The notes beneath the pieces are model-generated. The model ran no database searches, was not told the DNA's origin, and saw only the letters and a list, made by a program, of their open reading frames with translations. A program made the translations under genes and the position numbers. This document shows positions 24,371-38,812 of a stretch of 64,000 nt of DNA, piece by piece (within the stretch, counting starts at the first letter, position 1; each line of letters begins with the position of its first letter). The stretch comes from Lophium mytilinum (lineage: Eukaryota). Where the stretch lies: NCBI GenBank assembly GCA_010093605.1, contig MU004181.1, positions 3,782,001-3,846,000 of the forward strand, given 5' to 3'.

Positions 24371-24782
24371 GGTTTACAGTACTAGACGTAACTGTGTGTA
24401 CGAAATACCTCTCGCGTTACCGTGTTAAGTCCTTCGAGGTACTACGAGAAGCTGACCGAGGTGTAAGCCAACTTTTGTGAACGACTTCAAGCTCGGCAGG
24501 CCACCTCAGACGACGCGCACTGCCGGTACCTGGAAGCGATTATCAGCATACATGTTTTGCAGTCGCCATTGCTGGCTCCCGCAGGAAGGGGCAGAGCATG
24601 ATGCGGCGCGGATTGGGAACCTGCAAGCCTAGGTACGATTTGGCGACACGGTTAACCCAAGCCTTCACCTTGGGGCTTGACCACTTCCACCCCGGCCTCG
24701 TTGTGAATTGTTTCCTCCATGCCACGACCGCCGTATTCTCTCGTCGGCGCCTGAGGTGGGCCCCGGCCTTCCTACAGCGACA

Positions 24783-27700
24783 ATGGACGCGCAAAAGCTG
24801 CTCTCATCCATGTGTGTATCCTGCCCCACTCATCATGAGCCCGTCCATCGTGAACTGACTTCCTCTAGCGGCCTTGTTGCAGGCCTGGTAATCCTTCCCA
24901 GCCTCGTACGTACCTCGTTCGCCATCGACCGCCCAATACACTCGTCAATCGTAGTGCTCGCCGTCTGTGGAGCTTGTATAATAGGGTTGGACCGAACGCG
25001 TGCCTTGAAGGATACCAAATCGCACCGACACCGCTATGGGCCGATACCCCTGGAAGACGCGAATGATCGGCTCACATCGGGCAATGGATCAATACACGGT
25101 GAAGAGGGTGTGGGGAAGCAATCGCCGCTGTCCAGCTTAAGACGGCTGCGGCTTGTCTTCCTCATTCTGGTTGGAGCTCTGTGCACCCGTGTTGAAGTGC
25201 TGCATCAGGTCGTCAGAGGAGTCCAATGCACTCGGGGGAGCTACTATGTATGTCTCTGGCATTCAGAGCTTTATCTCTACTTTACTAATCCTCCGAAGCC
25301 ATTTCTCCCATTTCTTCTGGCTGTGTACGATTTCGCCATTGTCCGTCGTCATCGTCAGGGACAGAAGCCCGATGAAGAGCAAGATGCGACTTCATTCCAG
25401 GCAATCTTTGCTCGCCTCTCTAGACATCGCTACATGCTTGTCTTCTCTACTCTACTTTTAGGCCTTTGTAGCTCGCTCGAGTTGTCGGCGACTGCACCTC
25501 TATCCTCGACTTACGTATGCGCTTCAACTTTGCCAGCATTCTCTCTGGTACCCGTGTATCAGCTTCTTGGATTGTTCTTAGACGCCTTGATACTCATATT
25601 AGTGTTTCATATCCTTGATTTAAGCTCAGATTCTCAGCAATCTAATGTCAATGCACACCGGATCATAGGCTGGGCCTTGCTTGTAAGACTATCTAGACAA
25701 CAGCTTGTAGTCGTTGACTGACACCTCAACTGTAGCTACCTGCTGTTATTTGGACTGCAGTCGGCGCTGTAATCTGCTTTGCGAACCCCGATGATCGCCG
25801 CTGGATCCTTTACCCAGAGAGAATATATCTCTGGGGTCTATTTAATCTCACCCTAGCCATTTGCGTCACGGTTCTATTTGCTCTTTCCGTGGTGAGTTAT
25901 ACCCAAATACAGTGCCCCGGTTCCTAGTCTGTGTACACTTTTCTGTCACTGCTTGAGGTGCCTCGAAGTACTCTCAGAACTCTGCAGGTGTCTTTCCGTT
26001 TCAACTATCACCGTAACAACCAAGCTTACAAGCATACCCTTTGAGGTGATTAAGCGAGTCAGCTCATTGTTGAACATAATAGAACTTCGCCTCAATGATT
26101 TGCTGTGGCAAGAAATTGTACACAGACGGCATTGCAGATAGAACGCTGCTAACGTTATAGGCTTCCCGCTCACGATTAGTGTCATTCTCCTTTCTGGTAA
26201 TCTTTACATTAACAGGGCTGGCGGCATTGACATCAGACTGGGGTCAACACGTCCAGGTTTTGGGCTTTTCCGATAAGTTGAAGTTTGTCTTTGTGACTAC
26301 GGTATTCGTTGCTGGCATTCTCTATGCGGTCGTTGAGATGTCTGCTGAGAATCGCTCTCGATCCTCGACGAGAAACACGTCGGGTGTGCCCGGTTGGTTT
26401 CTCTATTCAATCGCAGGTCTCCTCATATTTCGCGTATTGTTCGGGAAGCCCTATCTCGGCCAACCGAGCTCTCACCCGATTGATATTCTGATCGGGAGGG
26501 CCCATTCTCAGCACGACCTGTGGAAGAAGCAGGCATCCTCCTCGAAGTCGCTGTCGGATGCTGTAGCAGTCTACCGCCAACGATATCACAGGAATCCGCC
26601 TCCACACTTCGATATCTGGTACGATTATGCCACCTCGCGGTCCTCCATAGTCATTGATGACTACGATAACATCCATAATGACCTGTTACCCTATTGGTCC
26701 CTGTCACCCGCTGAAATACGTCAACGAACATGGGAAATTATAGCAAATCCTTGGAGTGATGCAGGTGGCGTTCACGTCAGAGCAGGATCGCTTGAGATCA
26801 GTGCCAATATGCCAGGAACGCATAGGTGGATGGTTGATGGCGTCACCCACATCATGGAGAATTTTGTAGAGTGGCTTCCTGATATGGACCTTGCATTCAA
26901 CCTGAATGACGAGGCACGAGTTACGGTACCATTCGAAGTCTTGGAGCCTCTGAAAGAAGCATCATCGAGAACAGCTCTATCAGAGAAGCTGGGTGTGGCG
27001 GGGTTTAGCCAGGAGAGGTCCCCTGGGTGGGCCCTAATACCTGAGCAACCAATAACAGATTCGCGCTTCCAACAGCGCTCTTTTCAACGCACATTTCATG
27101 AGTTCGGAGCTGTAGGCTGTCCTCCTTCTTCAAGAGCTCGGAAGGAAAGGCTATGGAATGTCAAAGATTTGTGTACAACTTGTGCAGCTCCGCACTCATT
27201 GGGGCACTTCCTCTCCAACTGGACTCTATCAGCGTCGGTCTGTCACCAACCCGACCTCGCTGACCTGCATGGTGTGAACCTCTCACCCGCCGCCTACAAA
27301 GGCTCCCACGAGCTCATGCCTATGTTTAGCCAGAGCAAGCCGGCCGGCTACAACGACATCCTCTACCCTTCAGCTTGGAACTACATGGACAAAGTCAAAT
27401 ATGCCCCTTCCCCTGAATTTCCGGACCCTCCGTTCTCCGAGAAAGAAAACACTCTTTTTTGGCGTGGTGCCACATCTGAGGGCGTCTCCCCCGGCAGTGG
27501 TGCTTGGAAGGGAATGACGCGCCAGCGCCTGGTGCACCTCACCAACAATGTTACCACTCCCCAGCTCATCCTCCTCCCTCAGCCGCGCACGAATAAGCCG
27601 AGCTACACACTGCTTACTCCTACCAATGTTGCCGCTCTTCTTAACAGCTCAGTCCACCTCGTTGACGGCATCGCCCGCTGCGGCGGCCGCGATTGCCCTG

Positions 27701-28155
27701 ACCAAGTGAAGGAGTTTGGAGGAGGAGCCCCTCGCTCGGACTTCCAGCACCACTGGCACTACCGATACCTCGTCGATGCAGACGGCGCGGGGTTCTCGGG
27801 ACGCTTCCTCCCTTTCCTCCAGAGTGGTAGCGTGCCGTTCAAAACGGCGCTGTTTAGGGAGTGGTACGAAGGTCGTTTAACAGCGTGGCGGCACTTCGTG
27901 CCACTAGATTTACGCCTGCATGGGTTATGGAGCACGCTGGCGTATTTTGCGGGAGTGGACGGTGGGATCATCGAGGGGAGAGTGGGCAAGTGGGAAGCTA
28001 AAGCCAAAGAGGCAGAAGATATCGCGGAGAATGGCCGGAAGTGGGCTAATACCGTACTGAGAAAGGAAGACATGGAGATATATTTCTTCAGGCTACTGTT
28101 GGAGTGGGGAAGGCTAACGGATGATCGGAGGGACGAGCTGGGGTTTTCGGTGTAA
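24783..28155 (+). CDS. Glycosyltransferase family 90 (CAP10 domain) with multi-TM N-terminus
   Basis: Multi-exon hydrophobic N-terminus, then YRQRYHRNPPPHFDIWY, LPDMDLAFNLNDE, LFWRGATS, DADGAGFSGRF, WRHFVP, YFFRLLLEWGR. Confidence 0.9.
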
Positions 28156-28307
28156 GATGGTGTACAGATTTACATCTAGCGGCCGCTGCCTATGGTAGCC
28201 TAACAGCTACTCAGATTTTCATACTCTTTCAACATTTTCTAAACCTTGAGAATACCGCGAATTAGTACCAATAGCGCCAGGTCAGCGTACACATGCCCAA
28301 GTTTTCC

Positions 28308-30184
28308 CTAGTCTTTAATCTTGTTCTCCTCTCTCCACATCAGCCGCTCTTGGCTAACGACACCAGGCCCTTTGTAGACACTCCCATAAACCCCGCTAGC
28401 CCAGTCTTTGCCGACCCCTTCCCTTGTCGCCTTCTTCCTGTACCACTTCCCGTAGGTAAGCAGATAATAAAGGCGGAAGCTCAACAGAGCGAACCTGTCG
28501 CGTTCCAAATCTGCCGGATACGTCGCTCCAAGATCTACAGCTGCCGCGATACCACTGATCACAGCCGTCTCATGCGCATTTACCAACGTCCACGCCGCCG
28601 CAAACCGCGTGTGGCGCCGGCCCTGCAGAAGCCACATCCAGGGCACCACAAACAGGTAATGGGTGAAAGAGTGGCAAAGCTGGTGCCACCAGTCCTTCCT
28701 GATGATCTTGCTCTCGTCGATGTCGTCGATAGACCAAAGGTGGCCATCGCGGTGCTTATTGAGGAAGATTGTTTGAAAGACGTGGCGCTCGAATGGTACC
28801 TCTGGGGGGAATTGTGCTTGGTAGTTGGTGCAATCGAAGCACATCTCCAGCTTCGTTGGGTCGGCTGGGTACTGCTTGATGTAATACATGGGCTTGAAGG
28901 ACTTCCGAGCCATTTCGACGCGCGTGGTTTGGTCTACACCGGAGAGTGTGGAGACGGCTTGCTCATCGCTGTAGAAGTTCTCGTAGTTCCGCTTCATGTA
29001 GTCACTGTCCCAGTGCGTAACGGTGATATCGTCCGCAAATTTGGCAGAACCGAGCACTTTCTTCTCTCGGAAGCTTGCGGTGGATTCCAGTATACGTTTT
29101 GCAGTATCGGCCCTTTGAACGGTCAGCGTGACTAATATCTCTTCTCACATCTCTTTGGAAACTCACAAGACGCAGAGCACTATTTCGTCGTAGTGCTCCT
29201 CGAACTCCTTCGCATTCGAATCCGCATTACTATCTGCGTCCTCTGAGACCCAAGAGCTATTTGGGTTGTGGCCATCTGGTTTCGGCGTACGCTTGATCAT
29301 GCGGACAACAACGCCGGTTTTGTCTCGTTTCATCACCCGCGTGAGCTCGGTAGAGAGGCGGACCTTGACGCCACTTGCAACGAGGCTCTTTCTCCAATCC
29401 TCGTAAAAGTCACTGAATTTCGGAAAGACGACCATGGGAGGCAGATTGCTGGCGACGCTCAGCTTATCCCCAGGATACCACATGCCGTACGTGGGGCTCG
29501 TACATAGCCGTTCTAGGATGATGCTCGGGACCTCAGGTGTGTAGTTGCCAGTGCCCAGGAATAGTGCAACCATAGGCAGCACAATTGTGTTGGAGAATTC
29601 GTCAGAGAAGCGGAAGATCTTCATCAGGTATTTGATGGGTATCATTGCGAAAATTACTTCAAACCAGCGAATTATGGACAGCATTGTCTTGAATCTTTTG
29701 ATTTCCTTTTGGTGGCGGGCGAGCAGCGAAGTCGGATAGACATTTGACCAAAACGTATCATCTTTACCAAACGACACCTATGCAGTGAGTAAGAATTCTT
29801 TAAGTGTGGCTGTGCTTTCTTACTTGCAACTTGACGGGATCGGCGTGATGGCCCTGGCGAGCAAACATAGTCATGGTGTGGTGGAAGATGAAGCTTCCCC
29901 CTTGAACACCCTGGTTCATCCAACTGGCTCCATGTCTTTCCTTGTCAATCGGGATAGAAAAGGCTTGCCCTCCGCAGTAGTTTTCAGCTTCAATGATAGT
30001 CACGTCAAATTTGTCAGGATGCTCGGCAAGATGGTGTGCGCAAGACATTCCTAAAGAATGAAAAAATTAGTCATTGACTCTTAGCAAGAAAGTGAGAGCT
30101 GTGAGTGTACATACCAGCAGCGCCGGCTCCTACAATCAGTACCTTCTTCTTCCTAACGCCATCCTTCCCTGTTTGGGATGCCAT
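28308..30184 (-). CDS. Flavin-containing amine oxidoreductase family protein (4 exons)
   Basis: Rossmann motif VLIVGAGAAG, EAENYCGG, NQGVQGG, C-terminal AWTLVNAHETAVISG; exons join in frame. Confidence 0.88.
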
Positions 30185-30909
30185 ATTCGTAGTTGGGAGT
30201 AGAGGAGTTGATGAAGGACGCATGAGAAACAATAGCGACACTACAGCTTTGAACAAACTGCGAATTGGACTCTCCTTGTAAAGATCCTATGTTCGATCTA
30301 TATAAGTGCCTCGTGCATGACAGAAACAAGTGCGTCATGACAAAGGGTGGCTTGGTACTTGCGCGATCTAGATGCGCGATCTAGATCGTAGATAAACGAA
30401 CCAATAAACGTTACAAATTCATCAACACCAAACCTACCTCGAGAGGTACATCGCTGGAGCACATTGGACAAAGGCTTACAAGCCAACGCCTTCGAGAAAT
30501 CTAAATAGGACTCAATAATGTGAGTGAACCCTGTCGCAACCCTGGCCTGTGGTATTATGAAGCAAAATTTCTCTTGACCATAACATTTGTAGGTATATGT
30601 ACCGCTTTCTTCACAATGTCCGGCGTGCTTCTTCAACACACTTCTCAAAAAAGTCGAACTAGATAGGAAGTGAGAGTTCCAGGCAACCGATAAACTCGCT
30701 TGGCCAATTACCAAATAAAATTAATACCAGGTCCACGTGGTTGGCTACCTTCCAAAAAAAAATCTCTACAGAGAGCGTAGTGAAAAGTCTTCAACCTTTG
30801 AACAGACACTATACCCAAAGAATCGATACGTTTGTCACAATCGGGATATCTTTGGTTGGGGGTGTTAATCAGAGCAGGGAAAACTCGCAGCTTGCCCACG
30901 GTGTATCCT

Positions 30910-32840
30910 TCATGTGCTTCCAACGGTAACCTCTACACTCCCTGACCAAGTGTCGAATTCTAATGTACTATTGCCGCGTCCTTTCTTCGCCTTGACCGTT
31001 TTGCCTGCGTATCCACCTCCAAAGTGGATGATCTCCACGTCTTCTCCATAGAGCGTAAGACTCCCGCTGTGAGTGCCTCCATTGATAGCACCTTCCCACT
31101 CCTGAGGATAATGCAGTACCATCGCTCCAGATCGAGCTGTGTGCGAGCTTGTGAGTCTTGATATAGCCGTTCCGGGATTCTTGTAGGGTGGTTTTAATGT
31201 CACCTTTGTCATTCCCGATCTCGTGTTTGTATTGAGAGTCGAGAGGCCAGCGTCCGCCTCGAACGGGATGATGTCGGCAGTAATAGACCCGGAGCCAACT
31301 TTGATATCTGTAGAGGAGCCATGGATCAAAACTGCCGAAACTAACCCGGATCTAGAGACGATGGCAGTTTTGTAGTCCCGGGCCGGTATGTCGAAAGTGT
31401 CGAAATCTACTTTTACGAGGCCAGATAGCGACTCCGCCCGGAAAACGGCAGCAGTTGGATGGTCTTTGTCTGCCTCTTTTGGCTCAACATCAACGCTAAT
31501 CATACCACTCTTCGTCTTAATAGAGAGGAGGTCCATGAGAGCATATCTGCCGGTCACGGCTCCTGACCGAAGATCAATCGTAATCTCTCTTGATCGAAAA
31601 GGATGCGCATCAAGGGATCCTGCGTCTAGTTGAATAGTGGTTTCATTCGTTACTTCCTTTCAAGAAAATTAGCAGGGTTAAAGAATTGATTAACATGACA
31701 ATCACTTACAATATCGACACCGTCATAAATCTGCACTGATAAGTGATGTGCGTTTGCTGTGAGCTTCTCTAGACGCACGCCTGGCGAGACATAGAGGTAT
31801 AACTCGATCCGCAAGCAGACCGATCTGTAAAAGGCTTCATACTTCTTCACGATTGGCTCCTTAATCTGGAAACTTGTGTCGGTTTTGACGTATCGCAGCT
31901 CTTCTATCTCAACGAAATCCGGTGTTGCCATAACGAGGTTGCCAGTTAGGCCACTCTTTTGGCCCTTGGGCGCTTTCATCACATGCAAAGTGCCGGAAAT
32001 AGTGCCAAGTTTATATAGAGGATCAGAGAGAAGTTCTTGAATAGAAAAGGAGTGCGGCGTGCCAAAGTCGAAATCCTCGCTCGTGGTATGGTACTTAGAC
32101 GTACAGTAGGGCGGCCAGTCCACAATCTCCCGTGGTGCATCGGAACTATGGTTGTCCTAGGCTATTATTAGTAAAAGGGAAGTCATTTAGGTATTTTTGT
32201 ATTCAACGACAAAGAGGAAGATTTAGAAATTGACAGAGCCTTTTGGATCTGAAATCACTCGCTCCCTTACCTTATGCATACTCGCGCCACTAGCAAGACA
32301 AGCAGCTACTATTGCAGCGCATAATAAAAGGACTATCTTCAGAAGTCGGCCAGAACAAAAATTTCGCACGTGCTGAGGGTACTTTTGGTAGGAATTATAT
32401 TCAAATGGCTCCCGAAAACCCCCCATATCCTGAAGGGGACGTGGAGCCCCGAGCAGTGGTGTTGCTGAAACAGGGTTCGCAGCTTGACTGGGGGCAGGTT
32501 CGTTCAGCATGGTGTTGTAGGTCACCTGCTGATTGAATGGCCCTTCGTAGTACGCTGGGGGAGGCTGATTCGACTCCATCTGACGCATTAACGGGGTAAC
32601 CTCATTCGAGCTGCCCCGTGGCTGTAGCATTCCCTGGCAGACTGGAGAGCTTGAAGAAGTGCCAGTTGAGCGTTCCAGGTCAGCTTCGCTCGCTTTTGAC
32701 AGAGACCGAGGTTCCGAACTAGCTACATCGATGTAAACGTCTCGCGGGTGAAGTCTGTCTGAGAAGTAGCCGTCTGTCGGGCTGTACTCGTCGGAGAATG
32801 ATGCTCGGTCGGAGTCATCAGACTGTGACTGGTAAGGCAT
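30910..32840 (-). CDS. Type II membrane protein with adhesin-like (DUF4097-type) beta-repeat ectodomain
   Basis: Low-complexity N-terminus with PPPAY, TM segment LLKIVLLLCAAIVAACLA, and repeated SGSV/SGSI/SGMI motifs; 3 exons. Confidence 0.7.
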
Positions 32841-33637
32841 TGCGTCGAGAATTAAGAAGCGTGCCAGCCTCGATAAATTCACATAGAATGATCGAAGGCG
32901 GAGTCCAGAAAGTCGATAGCAGGCAGCAGGATATTTGAAGTGTGAGGAAGCTTCGTAAGACGAACGTACGCAGGCGTTAAAACCCCAGTTCCATTGGTGT
33001 AGATACTCCCATCTAACGCATCCTTGAAGGAATATGCGTCACACACTTGACTGCATGCGGCAGGCGTTATCGCTCTACGTGATATCGCAAACGAGCACGT
33101 ACAAATGAACAGAATATTTTAGTCCATTGTGTAATTGGCTAGGTGCATAGGGACTCCAATATAAGAAGTAAATGCTTATACTGTGGGGCTTGGCATAGTA
33201 CACGTGCACGTCTTTTGCTTTGGGATTCCGCAATAAACTGTGAGATAGAATGTTAGCATGTTGCGCTCCCCATACAACGTCCACATAGTAAGTTCCTGCT
33301 GCAGTCTGCCTGTGAGGGTCCCATTCGGCGCGAGACACTGTGAGCGACAACAGACGCCGAGCAAATTGAACAATATCGCAACTGCGCAACGTTTATTCAA
33401 CACATTCAAACCTCATTGCTATTTCATTGGTATACATCTATCCCGCCAAGGATATCTCGGTCCAGTGAGTTCGCGCGTCGCTCCGTCGAGTAGGGATTTG
33501 AATACCGTGTACGCCCAGAAACGCCGTCCAATGAATAATGTGTGACCCAGCTCTTTCCAAAAACGCCACGCTACAGAATGCTCAGATGTCTGCTATTGTA
33601 CATATGCAAGATGCAAGATCCACTTATGAGGCACCGG

Positions 33638-34055
33638 CTAGCTCTTCTCCAGAAGTTCTTTCGCTTCGTTGACTTTCGTAGCGAGATACGGGCTGCCTCC
33701 ACGGTCGGGGTGGTTGTTCAGCATGAGTGATCGGTGCTTCTTTCGGATGAGTTCTTTGGAGAGTCCGCGTTCGCTGCGATTCTAGTTAGATCACACTCAA
33801 GTGCGATTGCGACTGTAGGTCTTACGGAACTTCCAGTATCAATGCGGCCTCCCTTCGGGTCATCTTGGGCTCGAACCCGCCCTTATAGAAGGCCCGCCCA
33901 AAAGCAGCGCCACCTCGAGACTTGCGGAGTGCGACGAGTCCAGCGCGGCCCTAGTAACTTGTAAGTGGGAGGCTGCGGCGGAAGAAGGCAGCAGGTGTAC
34001 GCACGAAGAAGGCCGCTGCAGCGACGCCAACGCCGATTGCTACTGCAGATGCCAT
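33638..34055 (-). CDS. PAM18: Mitochondrial import motor J-protein Pam18/Tim14
   Basis: Spliced: [21 protein letters not shown]...[19 protein letters not shown]...[19 protein letters not shown] (HPD motif). Confidence 0.95.
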
Positions 34056-34285
34056 GACAGACGGACGGGAAATTGAACGGTGATGAGCAGCTGGTGAGGA
34101 TGGGCACACAAGAAGACGATGAAGAAGAAGCGTGAGAGAATCGCTGTCGCCGCCGGGCACACCAGGTTCAAGATATGTTTTTAGTGGCTTGGCACCCAGC
34201 ATCAAAAAGTTCGTCCCGCCGAGTCTGTGCGTGCTTCTCATCCACCACCACACTCCCACCGCAGTTGCACTCCGAGCCCGCCAAT

Positions 34286-35085
34286 ATGAGGATTGAGACG
34301 TGTAAGTCTGAGCAATACCCTAGTCGGCCTCTTACTGACTCTTTTAGGTTATTTCTGCTCCCAGCCAGGTTAGTCAAAAGAACCAAAAAGTTATACCAAA
34401 AGCGAAGTCAAATTAACTCCAAACCAAAAGTCTATCCGTCCAAGGGCATAACCTTTGTGCGTAATGACGCTCACAAATTCGTCTTCTGGTAAGGCGCCTG
34501 TTCGAATATTTCGCTCGAGTGCGGACAGTCCGCGCTGACACTCCGCAAAGCCGGTCGAAATGCCACAGGAACTTCAAGATGAAACGCAATCCGCGCAAGC
34601 TTGCCTGGACCAAGAGTTTCCGCCGCGCTCATGGCAAAGAGCTGACAGTCGATTCTACGCTCTCCTTCGCCGCCCGCCGAAACGTCCCTGTGCGATACAA
34701 CCGCGACCTGGTTGCCACCACTCTTAAGGCCATGCAGCGGGTCTCTGAGATCCGAGCCCGACGTGAACGCGCGTTCTACAAGCAGCGAATGAAGGGCAAC
34801 AAGGAGCGACAGCGACTAGCGGACCGGAAATTAGTGGAGGAGAACCAGCACTTGCTGCCCCCAAGCGAGCGGACTGTGGCCGAAGTCGAGGACGGGAAGG
34901 TGCAGGTTGCCAACGAGATGGAGGTAGAGCTGGTCAAGGCTAGGGTCGATGCTAGAAGAAAGGAATTAGAGATGGATGTCGAGGAGAGCGAGGTTGACGA
35001 GGCACAAGAGGTGCTGAAAGTCAAGACCAAGAGGAAGCTGCGAATTGCGAGAGGCGGCAAGGTCGAGCCCATGGATGTGGATTGA
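34286..35085 (+). CDS. RLP24: Ribosome biogenesis protein Rlp24
   Basis: Four exons give [48 protein letters not shown]. Confidence 0.95.
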
Positions 35086-35613
35086 AGCGTCATGACTGGG
35101 AGTGGAATTGTTTGCAAGCTACTTTGGCGTTATGGCGGCGAGGCAGTCAGGCGTTGAGGTTCTGTTGGTTTCTGGACCGAAAAAGACCCATAACGCCGTT
35201 GACTAAAAGGTGCTCCATACCGCCCAAGCTATGACATAAAGCTTTGTTGAGTATAGCACGCACCTGGCGGTGAACTGTCTCACAAAAGCCTAGGGATGGA
35301 TACTGTTATATCCACAGCATCCTCAATCATTAGAGCACAAGTAGTCACCCAAAACCCTAAAATTTTCCAGTCTACCTGATTTTGTACATCCGTACACCAA
35401 TATGCGCTAGACTTAAACATTAAGACACGCTGCTAACCGACGCCCAGGATGATGATGATGATGATACAAACAACAGATCCTAAGCCTAAGGTCATGGCTA
35501 ATATGAACTGAAACGAGACGAGAGCGCGTAAATCATGCCAAAAGAGCAACAGGTATATACAAAAGACAAAATCGAGAATATATCTTTTTTCACTCCAAAA
35601 GCTGGGATATGGC

Positions 35614-38600
35614 TCAGCCTGGGTTCTGATTTTGCCCATTCGCACCATTACTTCCGCCACCCTCTCCTAAATCTGGCAGGACGCCATTCATCGAGATGCC
35701 GTCTTCATACCCGGAGTAGCCCGTCATATCTGCCCAGTCCCACTCTAGTGTCATTGGCATCTTCCAAATGTCTTGCGGTACGAAGTGATTTTGGAACGTG
35801 TTCATGTCAAGAGGATCTTGTATTGTCCCATTGGGGTTCATGCCATTGGTAATGCCATTCATGGCTCCGGAGTTCGGGTTTTGCACGGCTCCAAACGACG
35901 AGAGCTCCGGAATTCCTGGAGTGCTTGTCGGTAGCATATGGCCCGCTGTCGAAGGAGATGAGAATCCGCCGATGAGGCTGGCTTGGTTGTTTAGGCTTGC
36001 GTGTGTGAAGTCTGGAGAAAATGGGAACGGCTATAAATGAACGAGATCGCGTTAGCATCAACTAAAAACAAGTGATTTCACGATAGAAATGCAAACATGA
36101 TCGCTTACCTCATCAAAGGGGCCGTTGAAGTCGGGATTGAAATTTCCTGGGATGCCGGGAAGAGGGGTCTGGGATCCTGGCTGTTGATGCGGAGGTCCTT
36201 GTGAGCCGCGCGACTGCAGCTGTCGATTCTGAAATTCGGGCGTCAATATCTGCTGTGCTGTGGCGTTGATTTCTGCATCCTGATCTGTCGCCTGTTTGCG
36301 CTTTCGTCTCGAGGAATTCTCTTTGTCGGCCTTCTCCAATACTACTTTAGCAATGCGTTCGAACTCGGCGCAAACGCTCAGCATCCTTCGGACACTGCCA
36401 TTTTCTTCATCAGTACACAACAGACTCAGGAAACCAACGACTAGATTCATCAATCGTAGATCTGATCGCGCTCGAGTGTCTTGGGGATTTTGTAGGATGT
36501 TGGCGAAGAGTGTCACTAATGCTGATACAGGGTAGTAAATGATCAACCTAGAGAGATTAGTAAGACACGGGACGAAGTGGAATAATACACTTACCAAACA
36601 CAAGCGTAGTCGCCTTTCGGGATGTATTTGATGAGATGGATGGATGCCCGCGCAGCCTGTACGCATAACGCAGCGGACGAGAAAACTCTTGGGTTGAGAG
36701 GACGCGCATTGAGTCCTTGGATAGCGAAATTCGACAAACGGCTAGTCCAGTACCCATGATGCACGCTCATGCGATGTATCGTTGTGAGGCAGTTGTAGTA
36801 TGCAAAATGCAGTACTACGACGTGTAAAATGAGTGGCGTGTGACTCGCTTTGATTTCGTGTTCTGGTCGAAAGTCGATTGGTATCGCGTCTTTCCAGCTT
36901 TCCAACTCTTTGTCAAGCTCGCCGATGGTGTTGAGAAGCTCTCCATCAGACTGTTTAGACGCTTTCACCGAATAAAGCTGTTTGTATACTTTACTCTCGA
37001 TACAAGCGAAGGTACAGAGCAGGCGGAAGAGATTTAACTTCCCCTTGCCATCGGCGAGAGGGATGTTTCCTATGTTGTCTGGGGGGTCCTCGCTAGGGAG
37101 ATCTACATTCATGTCATCGTCATCTTGTATAGGGGGTCGTCCCGACCGCAGGCAGATGCTGGAATAGCGTTAATATTACACAGAATAGGGGTAGCAGTAT
37201 TACTCACTCTCGGTCAAGCATGTACGCTATCCAGAACACTCTTTTCCGTTGCTCGATCTCAGATGGGTTGAGATTGAATCCTGACCCTCGCTTATGCAAG
37301 CCTATGCTATGGGAGAGACGAATAGCAGCAGCCACAAAGAAGAAGGAAGGTTGTGGATTCGGTGTGCCTTGTAAGAAGAGAGCCTAAAAGTCTGTTAGCT
37401 TGTAAAACGTGGAGTTACAAGGGTAGAATCATTACCATGCCGAGAAGAGCTTGCACGCTGAGGAGGTCTGTGTTGCGCATGGTGAGTTCTGTCTGCACTG
37501 CAAGGGCGTTCTTCAGATAGCCCCACGCTTTCTGGTCTTCCTCCTGTGGTACTAGGTTACTCATAACGCGGAGTCTATGAGCTATTGCTAGAGCAACGTT
37601 CAAACTCGCCCACCAGCCTGAGCCTTCGTAAGGGTCTCTTGAGTAGTGCTTATCGACTAGATGCATAAAGGTCGGTTCGTGGAACAACGGGAACATGCAG
37701 TTAAAATTTTCGAAGTAGTCCTTCAGCAAGGATAGCGCCTCGTTCTTTGGAGGGAGTTGTTTATAGACGCGCCGTGAAAATATGTCGCGGAAGACGTCCG
37801 GTTTCCAATGAATCCATTTGTTGTCATCCACGGCAGCGGTGGAGATCATCTCCTGGAATGATGAGTCTCCGGTCTTGTCGTTCACCCATTGTATGCCCTT
37901 TGGAGAGAAAATAGAAAAGCCCGAGGAAGAGCCTGTTGTATGATTAGCGCATAGTGTGGGCATGGCCTCACAAGTCACATACCAATATAGCGAGTCTCAC
38001 CACAGTTGTTCGTCACCAGTGAGCACATCATTTCAGCGAGCGCATCGTCTTCACCGTTAGTCTCTGTCGTTGGTTTGGCCGGCTCCGGCGACGTCATGCC
38101 GCTGGCAGGGCTGGGCAATCCAGGTTGGACTGGTGTGCTCCGATGCGACGTGAAGCCGTTGTGGCGAGACGTCGAACTCTGTGCGTCCGAGTTCCTCGAC
38201 GGCTCGGGGGTGCCGTTGTGGTGCCCGGTCTTGTCTGCAAGCCGCTTCTCCAGGGTTCCTAGATCGGTCCGGCCATCGTCGTCCTCGGGCAGTATGCCAG
38301 ATAGCCTGATGAGCGACTCCATGCGGGCCAGGCGATTCTCAAGGCCCTCTATGTATTTTGCTCTGCCAAGAGATCAGTATGAGGTCTGGGGCTAAGGGGC
38401 GGGGCTGACCAACCCTTTGGGAGGCTGTCGTTTCTTCTCCACCTGCGTGAATATGCATTCCGTCTTGTAATTCTGGCAGTGGGTGCAGGAGGGCGTCTTG
38501 CCATCGCACTTGATCTTCTTTTTCCTGCACATGTCGCATGCCTATTCAACTAGTCAGCAGAGACAGGGCGACCAGAAACAAGATACGTACTCTGGCGATG

Positions 38601-38812
38601 CGCCGCCGCTTGGGGTCGCCTTGTTCATGTTCCTGCGGGTCGTTGCCATCGACTGAGCCCTCGTCATTGCTGTTGGCGAAGATTGGGCCCCCGGAGAGGG
38701 TTGGCGGCGAGCCATTGGCGCTGAGGCTGCTGAAGATGCTGGGGGGCTGGTTCGTGGGCTGCTGCGGATAGTAGGACTGGTGGTCGTTCTGCGAGTTGGG
38801 AGAGCTGTCCAT
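35614..38812 (-). CDS. atrR: Zn(II)2Cys6 transcription factor with Fungal_trans domain, AtrR-like
   Basis: [60 protein letters not shown], as recalled for Aspergillus AtrR; middle homology region RVFWIAY; multi-exon. Orthology from memory. Confidence 0.8.

Noticed and set aside
21936..32840. Secondary-metabolite cluster (tautomerase, glycosyltransferase, oxidoreductase)
   Set aside because: No PKS, NRPS or terpene backbone gene or transporter; interspersed with housekeeping-type genes.
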